This document shows, one piece after another, positions 51,951 through 64,000 of a stretch of DNA of 64,000 nucleotides. The notes beneath the pieces were generated by a model. It saw nothing but the letters and a program-made list of their open reading frames with translations, did not search any database and had not been told where the DNA came from. Position 1 is the stretch's first letter. Every line of letters begins with the position of its first letter. The stretch lies in the NCBI GenBank assembly GCA_977030845.1, contig OZ365109.1, positions 59,582,001 through 59,646,000 on the forward strand, read 5' to 3'. The stretch is from Fimbriosthenelais zetlandica. Lineage: Eukaryota. A program made the position numbers and the translations under genes.

Positions 51951-52399
51951 CGTATCCATTTGCCTTCCAATTTAATAATTCACCCATCCATGCATTCATA
52001 TAAGCTACAGAGACATACTTTTATACGTCACGTTTCAATTTTTTTTTTCAGAAATAGAATGTACAGAGTTCAGGCTTTAAATTTGTCCATCTATAGATGT
52101 ACTCCTGCCCCAGTCACATATCATGTAGAAATGTGATTCTTCTTTCACCTCATCTGCCATTGCTTTAACTACGGTGTCAATTTTTACTGTGGATACTTTG
52201 CATTAGAAGTTCAGACATTAAAATCATACGTAGTGAACATTTTTATACTGTCTAATGGAAAATTCCGAACCTTTCATGAAGTATCCAGGGAAATGCGAAT
52301 CTATACAAAATGGAGACTTGTCCTCAAACGTCATTTCAACACCAAAGACTGACAAACCCAACACATTGTCACTGTTTTATTAATGCAGTCCACACATTT

Positions 52400-52640
52400 G
52401 TATAGAGGAAAATCCTCTGGCCAATGCCATTATGTTGGCATATTTCTGTTCCAACCTCCTTGGTTGCATGTCCTGCATGTATGATCTGGAGCCAAGATTC
52501 CAGCAGATAGTAGCAGACAGAAGAGGCTATAGTGCCAGGTGACACTCCGTATGTTATTCTTGCCCAACAATCGACCCATTCGTGCAACGTGAGAGACGAG
52601 GCCAATGGCAAAAGTCCTTTATTGTTGGCAGTGGTCATGG
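52400..52640 (+). pseudogene. Possible degenerate ankyrin-repeat segment
   Basis: NPLANAI, ADRRGYSA, GDTP and NVRDEANGKSPLLLAV..WGH resemble the ANK consensus (N..D..G.TPLH.A...GH). Confidence 0.25.
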
Positions 52641-53689
52641 CCTGGGGTCATGGACAGAAACACCAAACATTCAGCCACGACATCATGAATTGTGATAATG
52701 GAATCGGTGCGCTTGAAATGAAAATCGCGCAGCAGTTTCAGGGGCCTTGATATAAAACCTCGACATTTTTCTATGGCAAATATGGATGCTTTTGTCCGGG
52801 TGAATACATTTACGTCTGACACTTGATGAATTTGACACTGTTTACACCCTTTGGATTAGTCCTGTTCTTTTGTATAATTCTTATTTATTTATTAGCATGA
52901 ATAAATTATACTGTATTGCCAGCCTGTATTGACGGTTGTTTAGACGATAGATGATATAAGACTATATTTCCAATGAGGTCAATAATTTTGAGACAATTCT
53001 GTGACCAATGTGCGGAAAAGTATGTGGTTTTCAGATTTTTAACATAATGTTTAACATAGTTTACATGAATTATATAACCAAATATCACATGCAATTGCCT
53101 GATCAATGAAGGGAAATAGTATGGCCAACTATGACAGATCAGACAAAACCATTATGCCAATATATCTTCAGATGAGCCAATTCTAATCCAAATCAAGAAG
53201 AGAATTGGAAAATCTCTAAAAACATTGTGTCAGATGGGTCCTTTGTGCCCTGGCACGGACAAGACTTTAATCTCTTAGCTGACTGAAATACTTGTCCAAT
53301 TATCGAAGCAGACTAATCATTTGAAACAAAGCCTTTCAATGGAAAGGTTTTACCTCTTAAATTGCAGTGAGAATGCCGTTGTCATGGCAGAGAATTACTT
53401 TTCAAATGGGTGTGTGCATGCTTCTTTTAGATCGATAGAAAGTATCATCAATGACAAATATTATCTGTCTAATAAATATATCTTGTCAGACTGATGCAAA
53501 TTATTATCTCTTTGGTAATCAGGCTCATATCAGTAACTGATATGAGTTCTCCTTTCCATTCAAGACCTCTATAATTGGAGGGGGAGTTTTTTCTACGTGG
53601 TATGGGAGAGATTTGAAGCAGAAATTGCCATATAGAACTAGAGCAATGTGCTTGGTATCAACCAAGAGTCATTTAGACATAAGTGCCAT

Positions 53690-54620
53690 TCCTCTCCCCA
53701 TCATTCTCGACTAGTTGAAATGACTTCTCAAATAAGGGGAAATACTCCTCGGATCAGGCTGGTATTTGTAGCTCGTGCTCACTACCTATACCTTACCCCA
53801 GCACTCCAAAATGTTATTTTCCACTCGAGTCGTATGCTGAAAGTACCACCACTTCTCTTCTCCCAGAGCAGAAGAGATAAAGTTCCCCTCGTCATGGGCA
53901 AAGTCGGCAAACATCATCTCCGAATTTTATACACTTATTTTAGGTGCTTCGTCACGATTCCTTTCCAAGAGAGCACTTGGCCCATGTTTAAAATATGTAC
54001 CTGCCTGCATATAGAGGAAAATACATATTGACATGTGTATACTTATATACATACTTAAAAGTATAACACATGCTACTTTGACACCTTAGAAAATAACGTA
54101 GCGCTATTTTCTAATTATTGATGGGACTTAACATTTAGAGGTGGTGAAGTTAAGAATGGGGCGGGAGTAATGTATAGTGATTGATATACTTAAGAGGTGG
54201 TGACTATGATATATATACAGTTTGCCTGTCTGACTTTACCAAGTGTCCTGCATTTGGTAGGCTTACTTATACCAAGAAGCAGTGCACCTGAAGACACCAC
54301 CTGTTATCAGTCATCATTTACAGCAAAAAAAGGAAAAGACTTGTTCCTCGAGACGCCTCCACTTAACTTCTTCATCCGTCCCAAAAACATAATCCTCAAG
54401 AAGTCCCTCATTTCACAAGATAGTCCTCAACGTCTCTGACAAAATGACCCGAGGACGGCAAACACAATCACGACAACCGTTTTGAAAACATCTCCATCTC
54501 GCTGGAAAGGATAATTTTAATGAGAGGTTTTTGAATGGAATGTGGCACAGATTAGCCTTTACAGGCTAATACATCAGACGGAGGAGCTTTCAGTGAATTA
54601 AGACTAACAGGCACAAAGAG
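53690..54620 (+). pseudogene. Possible Penelope-like (RT thumb/linker/GIY-YIG) remnant
   Basis: SSPHH...SQIR...RI (~S.HP.H...SQ.LR..RI), KVPLVM (~RVPLV.TYHP), LFLETPPLNFFIRPKNI (~F..PP...RRPKNL), YIRRR...RHK (~YIG.T.R...R..EH). Confidence 0.3.
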
Positions 54621-55770
54621 TGGCATGCTTTGTATGTCAGCAGAGCCCGGCCTCCGATTGGCACCTTTCACCATGTTTGCCGCGTGCTGCACTATGGGTA
54701 ACGGAAGTGGGAGCTGGCAGGGTCGTGGCCGGCAACAAGCTGGTGAATTGCCGTGAACGCTGCCTTTTATGAAGCTTGGTCATGGTGCATTCAATCTCTC
54801 CCCACCTCCCAACATGGGTGCTTTTCACTTCCCCCACCCACTCTCAACCCCCTCTCCTATGTCACGGTATATATAAACCTGATCATGGCCGATTCCACAT
54901 CATTCAGTGGCTGCAATATGTTGTGACAAGGAACGATGAATTCTCGTGCCTGAGGATCATTTTTCCTCCAGGAGATGTCTCATCCGTGCATGGCAATGTG
55001 GCTGGCCAACAATACAGCAAAATTGATTCTTGATAAACTTCTTATTGATAGTTGATGCACTGGGCTAGATGCATATTAGAGTGGAAGTGTATACGGGGTA
55101 TTATGGTCAATTCAGAGGGAAAAGAGGAAGGGTGAAGTGGGCTAAGGATAAAGGCAAAGTATGACTGTATAGTACCATGCAGTCCCCCCAACCCCCATCT
55201 CCCCAACCTGCATGATGGCTTTGATGGCAATGGATGCCTTGCCTATCCCCCTTCACACCCTGTACTGCAAAGTCCCCATACAAATATAGGCATGCCATTT
55301 GCATGTGTCTAAATGCGTTTAATGCACAGCCATTGCCATAAAGCCATAGAACCCTTACTACCAAACTGTTTCATGAATGCACACACTAAAACCCAGGTGT
55401 AAATGCAAGGTGTGCTTAATTAGCAACCGGGATATATTCGCCCAGCAACACGCGACCGACAAGTGTTCATAGGTGTCACCTTTTTATCAGGGGCTAATAT
55501 CAATTTAAACCCTTTTCAAATCCGATCCTTTTATGCCATGGGATTAAGGTCTGATGAAATTGAACCGTGTACTGCTTTATACTGAAAAAAGACAAATTTC
55601 CCAAGTACTGAATGGAGAACTATGTGTGCATTTATCCTGTTAATATTTCATTTTATCAAGAAAGATGGACCCACTATACCTATCATTGCAGAGGAATAAA
55701 TATTATGCATCTGTCAGACTGAATAGCTGAAATACAGCTGATATAAACAAATAGAGGTATAATGCATAGA

Positions 55771-56125
55771 CTTGCAATCGATGAGGCGAGGATCGGAAAA
55801 AGCAGATTTATGCCCAGGCTTCTCGGCATAATTATCCTGCCTATGGACTTGGCATTGTTTGTCCACATAATTGACCGGTACTGGAGGAACGGTCTGGAAC
55901 TGACCACCGGACATGCCTCCATAAAACCGATCTGCTGTCCAGTGCTCTGTTTCTATATACAGACTGTCGTGGCTGGCAGGTGCGGTCAGTGATGTATACT
56001 CACCCCCGCCTGTCAGACTCTACATGTAGACATGGCCACTGGTCAACTCCGACTTGCTTTCTCCCGATTTGCCATGACGACCCAACCGTGTCATGTCATT
56101 AATTTACTCTCATTGGCACTGACGT
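55771..56125 (+). pseudogene. Second eroded piggyBac-like transposase fragment
   Basis: LAIDEARIGKSR (~L.IDE.M..F.GR), ID...LELTTG (~D..GY...E.YTG), GH / D..SPDL (~GH..Y.DN..SP.L), IGT. Confidence 0.3.
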
Positions 56126-57459
56126 GTGAGCTGGCCATGGTGGGATTGTAACCTATAGCTACAGCTTTATATATAACACTTTATATTGTGCTTTCCACAT
56201 TAGTGAAATGTTGGGGGTAGGATTTAGTCACGGAAGATCACGTATCAAGGCAACTAATCATTACACAAATGATACACAAGTCATTATACATGTATATATC
56301 TCATGTATTCACAAAATATGTATCAATCTGACCATTGGATACACTGATGTACTATTGCACACAAAGTAATGTAGCATTAACCAATATGAGTATCACTCGT
56401 GGCTACGCTACGCTCTGCCCATAGCAAGGGCATTTTTTTTTTATTATTTAGAATATTCATGGTTGTTTTGCACTCCATCTACCCAGATGCAACCCTTTTT
56501 GCAAACTCTTTCTATTTTCACTTGGGCTATTATAAAAAAAACCAGGATGAGCAAACTTATCCAGTCCAGCATGTTAGCATGTTGTCTCTATTTCCTATAC
56601 ATGTAAAAGCCCTCATATGTTTGAATGTACAGCAAGAGCAGGAACTACAAGGCTGTCATATGTCTATTTCAATTGATACTCTAGCTCTCGATGTTCGGAT
56701 TTCTTAACAGGAAAAATGATAGAGCTCTGGTAAGCATGATGTACTGGATCACGCTATAAGGTAATAATACTGAGGCTAATGCTCTAACACAGTGAACCCG
56801 TGGGAAACACTTCAAGTCTAGGTCTGGCGGGTTCCACATTCTAATTTCGCCGTGAAAAATTTAAAGTATTAAAGCTTCAAGGAGCAGACATTGCGTGGCT
56901 CATCCTGCCTAACCTTACATTGCAGCCTTCAAAACAGATTTTGAAGATTTTGCTGAGAACGAAATTAAACATTAGACTCTCACTTTCGAAGAAATATAGT
57001 TTTCATAAATTTAGAGACAAATATATATATGTGATAAGGCTTTAGTCTAGCACTTAGGAATGAAAGGCTGTACTAATTGTAACCTTTGAAAATACTTTGC
57101 AACATACATGCATGGACAGCGTTCGATCAATTGTATCCCTGGTGCTTGGGAACTAATGGTTCATAACCAAATGAATAAATGATTCTGTCAATATCTATAT
57201 GAAGGCCCATTCCAGACGAGGAGGCCAGGAGCAAGCATGCTTTCTCTGTGCCAATGCTTCTCATTAGGCCATGAAAATTACCATAAAATAACAACACTCT
57301 TCTTCTGCCACTTCAGGCTAGAATAATTAATAACAGACTAATCAGCCCTATCCAGACTCAGATAGCAATGCTTCCCTCCTTCTGCCGGGCCAAGATACCA
57401 ATATATTAATGCATAGAAGTATAATCAATAAACAATTTGATTATACATGAATTTTCTGA

Positions 57460-57755
57460 CCCTGGCTTCCAAAGACTGTTTAGGAGCCTTCATTGCTTGT
57501 AAGCCCTGGTTTGATAGAGATGAATCCAATATGTATTGAAATGGTAAACAATGGGTTTTGGAATAGTTTCATGACCTTAGTTTAACAAATTGGCTGAAAA
57601 GCCATGAATCTCTGTTGAGAAATAATAAATTCAGACCATCTGACCAGAAATCGATTGGGACGCCTGGGCGCCGATGATAAATATGAAAACATTACAAAAG
57701 TCCAGCCCCAAACCTTTCCATCTTTTATGTCGACTCTTATCGTTAATGATCTCTG
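57460..57755 (+). pseudogene. Eroded CR1/L2-type LINE RT fragment
   Basis: DCLGAF (~D.SKAF), TNWLKS (W at 57591), SIGTPG (~G.PQG), LIVNDL (VNDL at 57742-57753), in order. Confidence 0.45.
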
Positions 57756-58727
57756 AACACAATTTTCCAGCAATTAGCCGCGGGATGGATCGGAGGAGAG
57801 ATGGGAAGTTAGAAAGCGTAAGATGGAATATGAATCACAATTGTCAGGTCTGTGTGCATCACTCATATTGCAGACTTATAGATGTGTATTGGTGCATGAA
57901 GACCTTTCATATCAAATGTGTAAATACGGGGTTAGGTGGGTTAGTGGGTGTTGAATCTGAATCCCAATTGTAAGGTGATTAGGGAGTGGCCAGCTTTTGA
58001 TGTGGTCATGCACAGGTGTTATCTTTCCCACCCACACAAACCCCTGGTCACTCGTCCATTTCTATGACCATCTGTACCACCACATTAGCCATGCCCAGTC
58101 CAAGCAAAGAACTGAGGAAAACAAACCCAGTGCCGTGTGAAAATATCTAAATTTTACATTGCCACTGTTCGGTGTCGAGACCAGTTGATTAACATGCAGT
58201 TCAGGCATCAGGGTCAGTGTACCATTGTGAGGGTGGGCTTGAATGGTCACTCAGGGTGCGTGGATGACCCCAATGCAACCCCTTTAGGCTGACCTCTCAC
58301 TGTGTAAAGCACTGAATGTGAGACAACTTAATTGACCCATTCTACTTTATGTTATGCTGCTCCAGATGACCTCTGGATGTCTCATTGACTTGATTGCTCT
58401 AATGCTGAGAGGTGGGAACAAAATGCCACAGCTTCAACGACTAATGTGCTCATAAATTTCATCAACTCCTCGGCTCCCCAACTGCATGGCTAATTGTGTC
58501 ATAAAATCTTGATGTAAATAAATCACAACGTCTCAGTCTTTGATGGGACAGATGCAAATTGATCTGAATATTGTTGCTGAATGTCTCCATTCTGCGGTAG
58601 ATTAAGAGCGGCTGGGAAATACTTATTATGTGCACCTAGAATAACAGTCCGAAACATCCCATTTTGATGTTCTGAAATGGCCGACTATAATAATTAGGGC
58701 CTATGCTGCCATTTGAGATGCCCTTCA

Positions 58728-58766
58728 CCCCCCGCCTCCCAACCTCCCCACCCCCGCCTACCCCCC
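58728..58766 (-). other. Potential G-quadruplex tract
   Basis: Five C-runs (3-6 nt) in 39 nt on the + strand. Confidence 0.45.
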
Positions 58767-60932
58767 TTAGAAATTCCCATGGCCCTGAAATGTACTATGC
58801 CTTCTGCCATGAAGAAGTGCTGTTAATGTAGTGCTTTGAATGAATCAGCTTCGGAATTTCTGGTTCATATTTCTGTTTTACCTCCTTTCTGTTAAATCTT
58901 TCAAAGAAATGTCAAAGGACATTAAAGAGGACCCAAGGCCCTCATAGTTAATGGCTGCACAAACACAAGATGCCCACATCAAGAATGTGATCAGTGCATC
59001 AGTGCTTATCTCATTAACTGTGCTTTCTTTTAAAAGTTTAATAATTTTACAATTATGTGAATTGTGTGAGGATTATATATGAGTAAATGAATTAAATCAT
59101 ATCCATGATTAACTCCATTCAATACCACTGTTCATGGATCATGTTTGAACATAGTCAGTTCAGTTTTTAGTGTGCAAACTTCAGCTGCCCCTATATATTA
59201 TTACAAACCTGGCAATACAAAATGACCCTCGTTGTAATAAACATACTTAGTAAAAGAATAATCACAGGTGTATTTATGCTCTTAAAATAATAATGATATT
59301 CCTGACATGAGTGAAATTCTGTCATTCAAGCAATGTTTTTTTATCATTACCTTCTTGGAAGTGGATGCTATATGTAAACTACATTCATTTCTCCCCCATT
59401 ACTAATTCTCTATACAGTTTACATGGAGGGAAAATAAGTATTATGAATACTCTGAAACATATCTATAGATATATCCCTCCTTAGGGATTGATAACTTGCA
59501 CTATATAACATCTATTTAGTTAATCTATGTACTCATGCCAGTAATGTAGCAAAACTTCTGAAACGATCACCTGCATGGTATACAAGCTACCAGTATACTC
59601 TATATAAGCCTATGATAAGTTTATCGCTCGATATATAGAGCATAATGGCATTCCTTCTGAAGCATAAAAGTCATACATCATTAAAGTATTGAAGGTAGCC
59701 ATTTAACGAGTTATGTTAGACCCATGGATTGTGTGAGAAGGGTAGAGGCATTTGCTCTGCCATTCCATGTTATCATTGAAAGGGCGTGTCAAAGCCAATC
59801 AAATGGGAAAACCTGCAGAAGAGCAACCAATACTCGCGGAAAACCCTAGAAAGCAGTCAGTCAATCCACTCCCCGTGGACTTAGTCCCACAACACATGAA
59901 ACATTAACCCATAATTGGCCAACATAGAACAAATGGTTGCAAGCCCATTACCAGGCTGCAGCAAACAGGGCTAATTCATTTACTTCTTTAGAAGGGCAAT
60001 TGCAATGCAGCAGCAAAAGTACTATGAGTCTGATTCTGGCGCCTGTAAGTTGTGCATCTGTGTTCACTTGCCTGATGGCTAAAAGAGATATATATTGGTC
60101 CATTTAATGCCCAACGGAGAGTTTGTATTAGAAGCTGAATCCACAGGCTATTGATTTTTGTATTATGACACAGTGCTTGCCAATCATGATAGGTTATAAC
60201 ACGTATGATAGTAGAGAAAACTCTCTGCTTACAAACTCAAGCCTTCTACGTGAATTCACTATCCTTTATGTTCACCTCTGTGACATTTCTCTAGATGTGA
60301 CTTTGCGCCGACTGTATATACCTCATAGCCAGTCTAGATGTTGATTCAACTATCTGCTGCTTTCATTGAATCTGCATTGGGCACAACTGTGCCAATTAAT
60401 GATACATGTACACCCCTTGCACTCATCAAATTTATCTAATATGTTTCACTTAAAGGAATATAGTGATAGGAATATAGTACAGTGACAAAGTCTTGCACTT
60501 ATGTATTTAGGTAATAATTCCATGCAATATGCAGGCCATGCTTCAGAAGGAAACTGTGTGCACTGCTTTAACTAGTCCAGTGAGAAGAAAATCTAATCAA
60601 TTTTTCAAAAGGGTTTTTAAAAGTTCTCAATTATTTGGATTTTGTGGCTATTCAAGAAATTCCCTCCTTTTATCTTTGTGCTGACAGGAAATCCCTCTAC
60701 TAGTTTTGTAAGCAGAATAAATACTGAAATGTGAAAAGAAGATGAAATACTCGCTTCTAAGGACCGCTGTGATTGCATAAGCCCTCTATGTTAGTGATCC
60801 AGAGATCCTATTAGGAAGAGGGATAGGATATATTGCCTTATTTTATGCCATTCTCAATCTAATCCCTATGCAGTATCACTTTACAGGAACTGCCACAATG
60901 TATTCAACATAAAGATGCAATCGTTCCTTCCC

Positions 60933-61369
60933 ATTACCGAATTATGGCAATATCTAAATCTTTGATGACTTTGTTGTTGCCCGGAATTGGATTTTATGGC
61001 TGTAGCCCCATGCGGGTTGAAATGAGATCAGGCTGGGGAATGCTTCTGTAGGAGTAAGTTCGTATGTGTAAGAAATGTTGAAGATGTAGTTATTCAACAG
61101 AAGACGCAGCTGAATCCAGAATTGTCATCGTCATGCCTCAGTCCATCTTGAATATTCAGGTGCTGGGAGGCCCACATGCACTATCGATCTGCGGACATAA
61201 AAATGTGGATTGATGGCAGTTGATTGATTTTACATCACTCTCCGAGCAGAGCATAATACAACCCCTAGGGGCAAATCTCACCAGCAGAAAAAAAATCACC
61301 CCTCCGTATGAATCTCCTAATGGAAGAACAATTGCTTTTAAAGCAGTAAGATACGGGGACCTCGGTGTC
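60933..61369 (+). pseudogene. Possible LINE apurinic-endonuclease remnant
   Basis: ITELW (~ITETW), GWGMLL (~GGGVLL), YGDLG (~GDLN), in order. Weak. Confidence 0.2.
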
Positions 61370-64000
61370 TGTCTCACAGACACAGTGGAACAATGCCCTT
61401 TACACCTTACTCACAGGCAGTTGGACACCTTATCCATTCCTTTCTGTTTATACACAGTATTTGACAAGAGATAACATTTGCCATCGTTTTGCAAATTGAT
61501 TTATGGTTGTAGTTTGTTGTAGGGAGGATTTGTGTCCCCGCAAAGCTTGGCCTGTGAAAGTAATGAGCTGATCTGCAAGTAATGTAGCTGTCAGACAAAG
61601 GGCCTGCCTTGTCTTGGAGAACCCAACCCTATTGATTGTATTTATTGTATTCTCCTCCTAGATCCCAACGGGCAATCCTCACTAGTATATATATACCACA
61701 TCATGAAGACAATATTCCAGCCTGACCATACTATATTATATATATACATACAACCTTACCATTACCCCCATCAGGATGCTATGACTTCATCACCGTATAA
61801 GTGAATTTCCAAGCTGCTTCCTTGCTCAATGATCCTCCTCCTACTCCTACTCATGGTCTTCGCCTCCACCAACCACATGAATATTCATATATCATTCACA
61901 TTTCTATGCTCTGCCATTACAGGGGCTTGGTTTATGTCCCTCATTACCGGATTATCATTGTAGGGTATGTTTTATGTTGTACAGCTTTGATCGATGTCGC
62001 TATTATGTCTATACACGTTTGATCGTTTTTTCTCAGCTGGTTATTTTGTCCCTGACCTACAGAAGAGCTGCTGTATAGAGATGATTTATCTTTGATGCCT
62101 CATTTGTATTATTGGCAGTCCACATGTAATTAACCGGTGGTAAATTCTAAAAGATATATCACCTGTCCGTTTGTGTATACATCATTAACGTTATCAGGAA
62201 TAATCGCAATGTTAATCATGACCGTTTATCACTGCATCAGACTCTAGGGTCTCGGTATTGAGGACACCTTTCAATGCCTTTCCCTCTTTGCTATAGTTTG
62301 TCACTGTATCTGCTTATTGACACCGTTGGTGAGGTTTATGGTGATATATAGTGGACTGCACCTAGGTAGAGATCAATAGAACCTGGAGTACTCGTTCACA
62401 ATAGGTTCCTCCAGGGTTTGAAGGCGGTCAGATCCATCCTGTAGCTAAACACCCGGGAGAAACAATCCTCCGCTACATGATCCGCTCTGTCTGTGTCAAT
62501 ACGAGGACCATGAGGATAGGGTTACCGGGCTAGTTTCACCAACACTACCATTCACCAAAGCCCAAGGTCATTAAACCTGCAAAGATTCTTTCATCCATTT
62601 GGCGCCATAAAAAACTATTAAACACAGATGGAACAGATTGATTCATCCAAAAGGGCTGTTATGCTTTTTAACAAAAGAGGGCTTTAAATATGGGATTTAA
62701 ACATTACATAATCACCGGCATTTTGATCCCTGTAGCACACTCTCTGATCAAGGATGATCTCAGTAAATATCTACATTAAGCAATTTATTCACTCAGTAAC
62801 ACTGTAGATAGGTAAAGCTAGTACAAAGGTAATGATCGGCATCAAAGCCAGATAGGATCATATGAAACGTTCTCTTTGCAACGCAGGGAGATTTGCTCAG
62901 GATAATTCAAACTCCCAGGTCGTATTAGAAAGGTCAGTCTTCCAGTGCATATATCTATGCCTGACCAGGCTTTGGTCATGGTCCAGCTTCCCTAGGGGGG
63001 TCTCCTCTTGTGTCAAGGCTAGGCTTGGAGCTATACCTTAGCATCCTAAATAATACCTTCCAGTACAATTATTCAGGCATGTAAGACAATCCAAACCCAC
63101 TCCTGATCCCCACAAATGATAAAAATTACTGATAGTGTTTACATCTCGTATTTTGCATCTCACTTTATTCTAATATTTGTCCAAAATCGACTCTCTGAAA
63201 GTCCAGGATATGGTCCGGACAAGTGTGCATGTGGGGAAAATCAGTGTTTCACCTATTCTGCCCCATTGCTCGGCCTGACATGATTCAGTCCGACCAGATC
63301 GCATGTAATATTCAGGGCTACGGTTGCCTCAGCATTGTTGTCGGATCTCAACCATGAACCCCAAGCCTCGCCCACCCCTGTGTTCTTCTAAAAGTCATCT
63401 GTCGAAAGCCAACGCCTGAAAATCGTCGTCCGGCCCATTCCTTTCACATGCAAAAGTAATTGCCCACATTTCCAATCAACCACGAACCTGGCCCAACCCT
63501 CCTTTTAAATTATGGAGGAATCAGACTTAACGCAATAGCAGTGGATCTGGAATGTTCTTCGCCCAATCCTTGTACACGTACCTGTTAATATCAGTCGACA
63601 CGAAGCTTGGATTTACACAAAGCTATGATTAAAGTTATTAAAACCCGGCGGTTAAACCAGGAGTTCCTGATTATCAAGGGAATAATTAGAAGGAGTTATT
63701 GATGGAATAGACACGGTTTGGTGTATTGTATACGCCCCAAATCGGGGGCACTAGAGCACCTGCACATCCGATGAATTTCCCCTGAGCTGACATAGCATGA
63801 CTTTTTACCTCCGACAAGTGTTGGCGATAACATCTGGAGCTTTGTAATACAAAGGGTTTATATTTCACTCTGTAGTGAGCCTGACATGACCAGACATCTG
63901 ACACAAAGGCCTCAGTATAGGTGAGTCCATTGGCTAAACACACGGAGCCACCCGAGAAGCCATCGCGCTGAGGCTGAAGCTAAGTGGCTTCTATGCTAAT

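Noticed and set aside
1-64000. Prokaryotic-type systems (CRISPR arrays, operons, rRNA/tRNA genes) and intact host CDS
   Set aside because: No regularly spaced repeats, no gene-dense ORFs and no recognisable structural RNA. The listed short ORFs behave like random ORFs.

Overview
Eukaryotic, largely non-coding DNA. It is AT-rich with moderately depleted CpG, has no ATG-initiated ORF longer than 153 aa, and shows no rRNA, tRNA or CRISPR features. The enrichment of TACATGTA and TAGGCCTA suggests a marine invertebrate such as an echinoderm, hemichordate, amphioxus or mollusc (inference). The one unambiguous feature is a very young, non-autonomous LTR retroelement at 43741-47672. It has two 1075-bp LTRs that look identical by eye, TG...CA ends, a 4-bp TCTT target-site duplication, an A-tract plus PPT, a degenerate PBS and a 1782-bp non-coding interior. 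It has several unusual structural features: an LTR with nested PPT/TGTA junctions, repeated hairpins (one pair with a compensatory change), and insertion into the loop of a target hairpin. The rest reads as a graveyard of heavily eroded transposon coding fragments (CR1/L2-like LINEs, Ty3/Gypsy, BEL/Pao, DIRS-like, piggyBac, Penelope-like), recognised only from motif skeletons by eye and therefore of low to moderate confidence. A few splice-signal oddities hint that the window may lie inside a long intron. No intact host gene can be supported.
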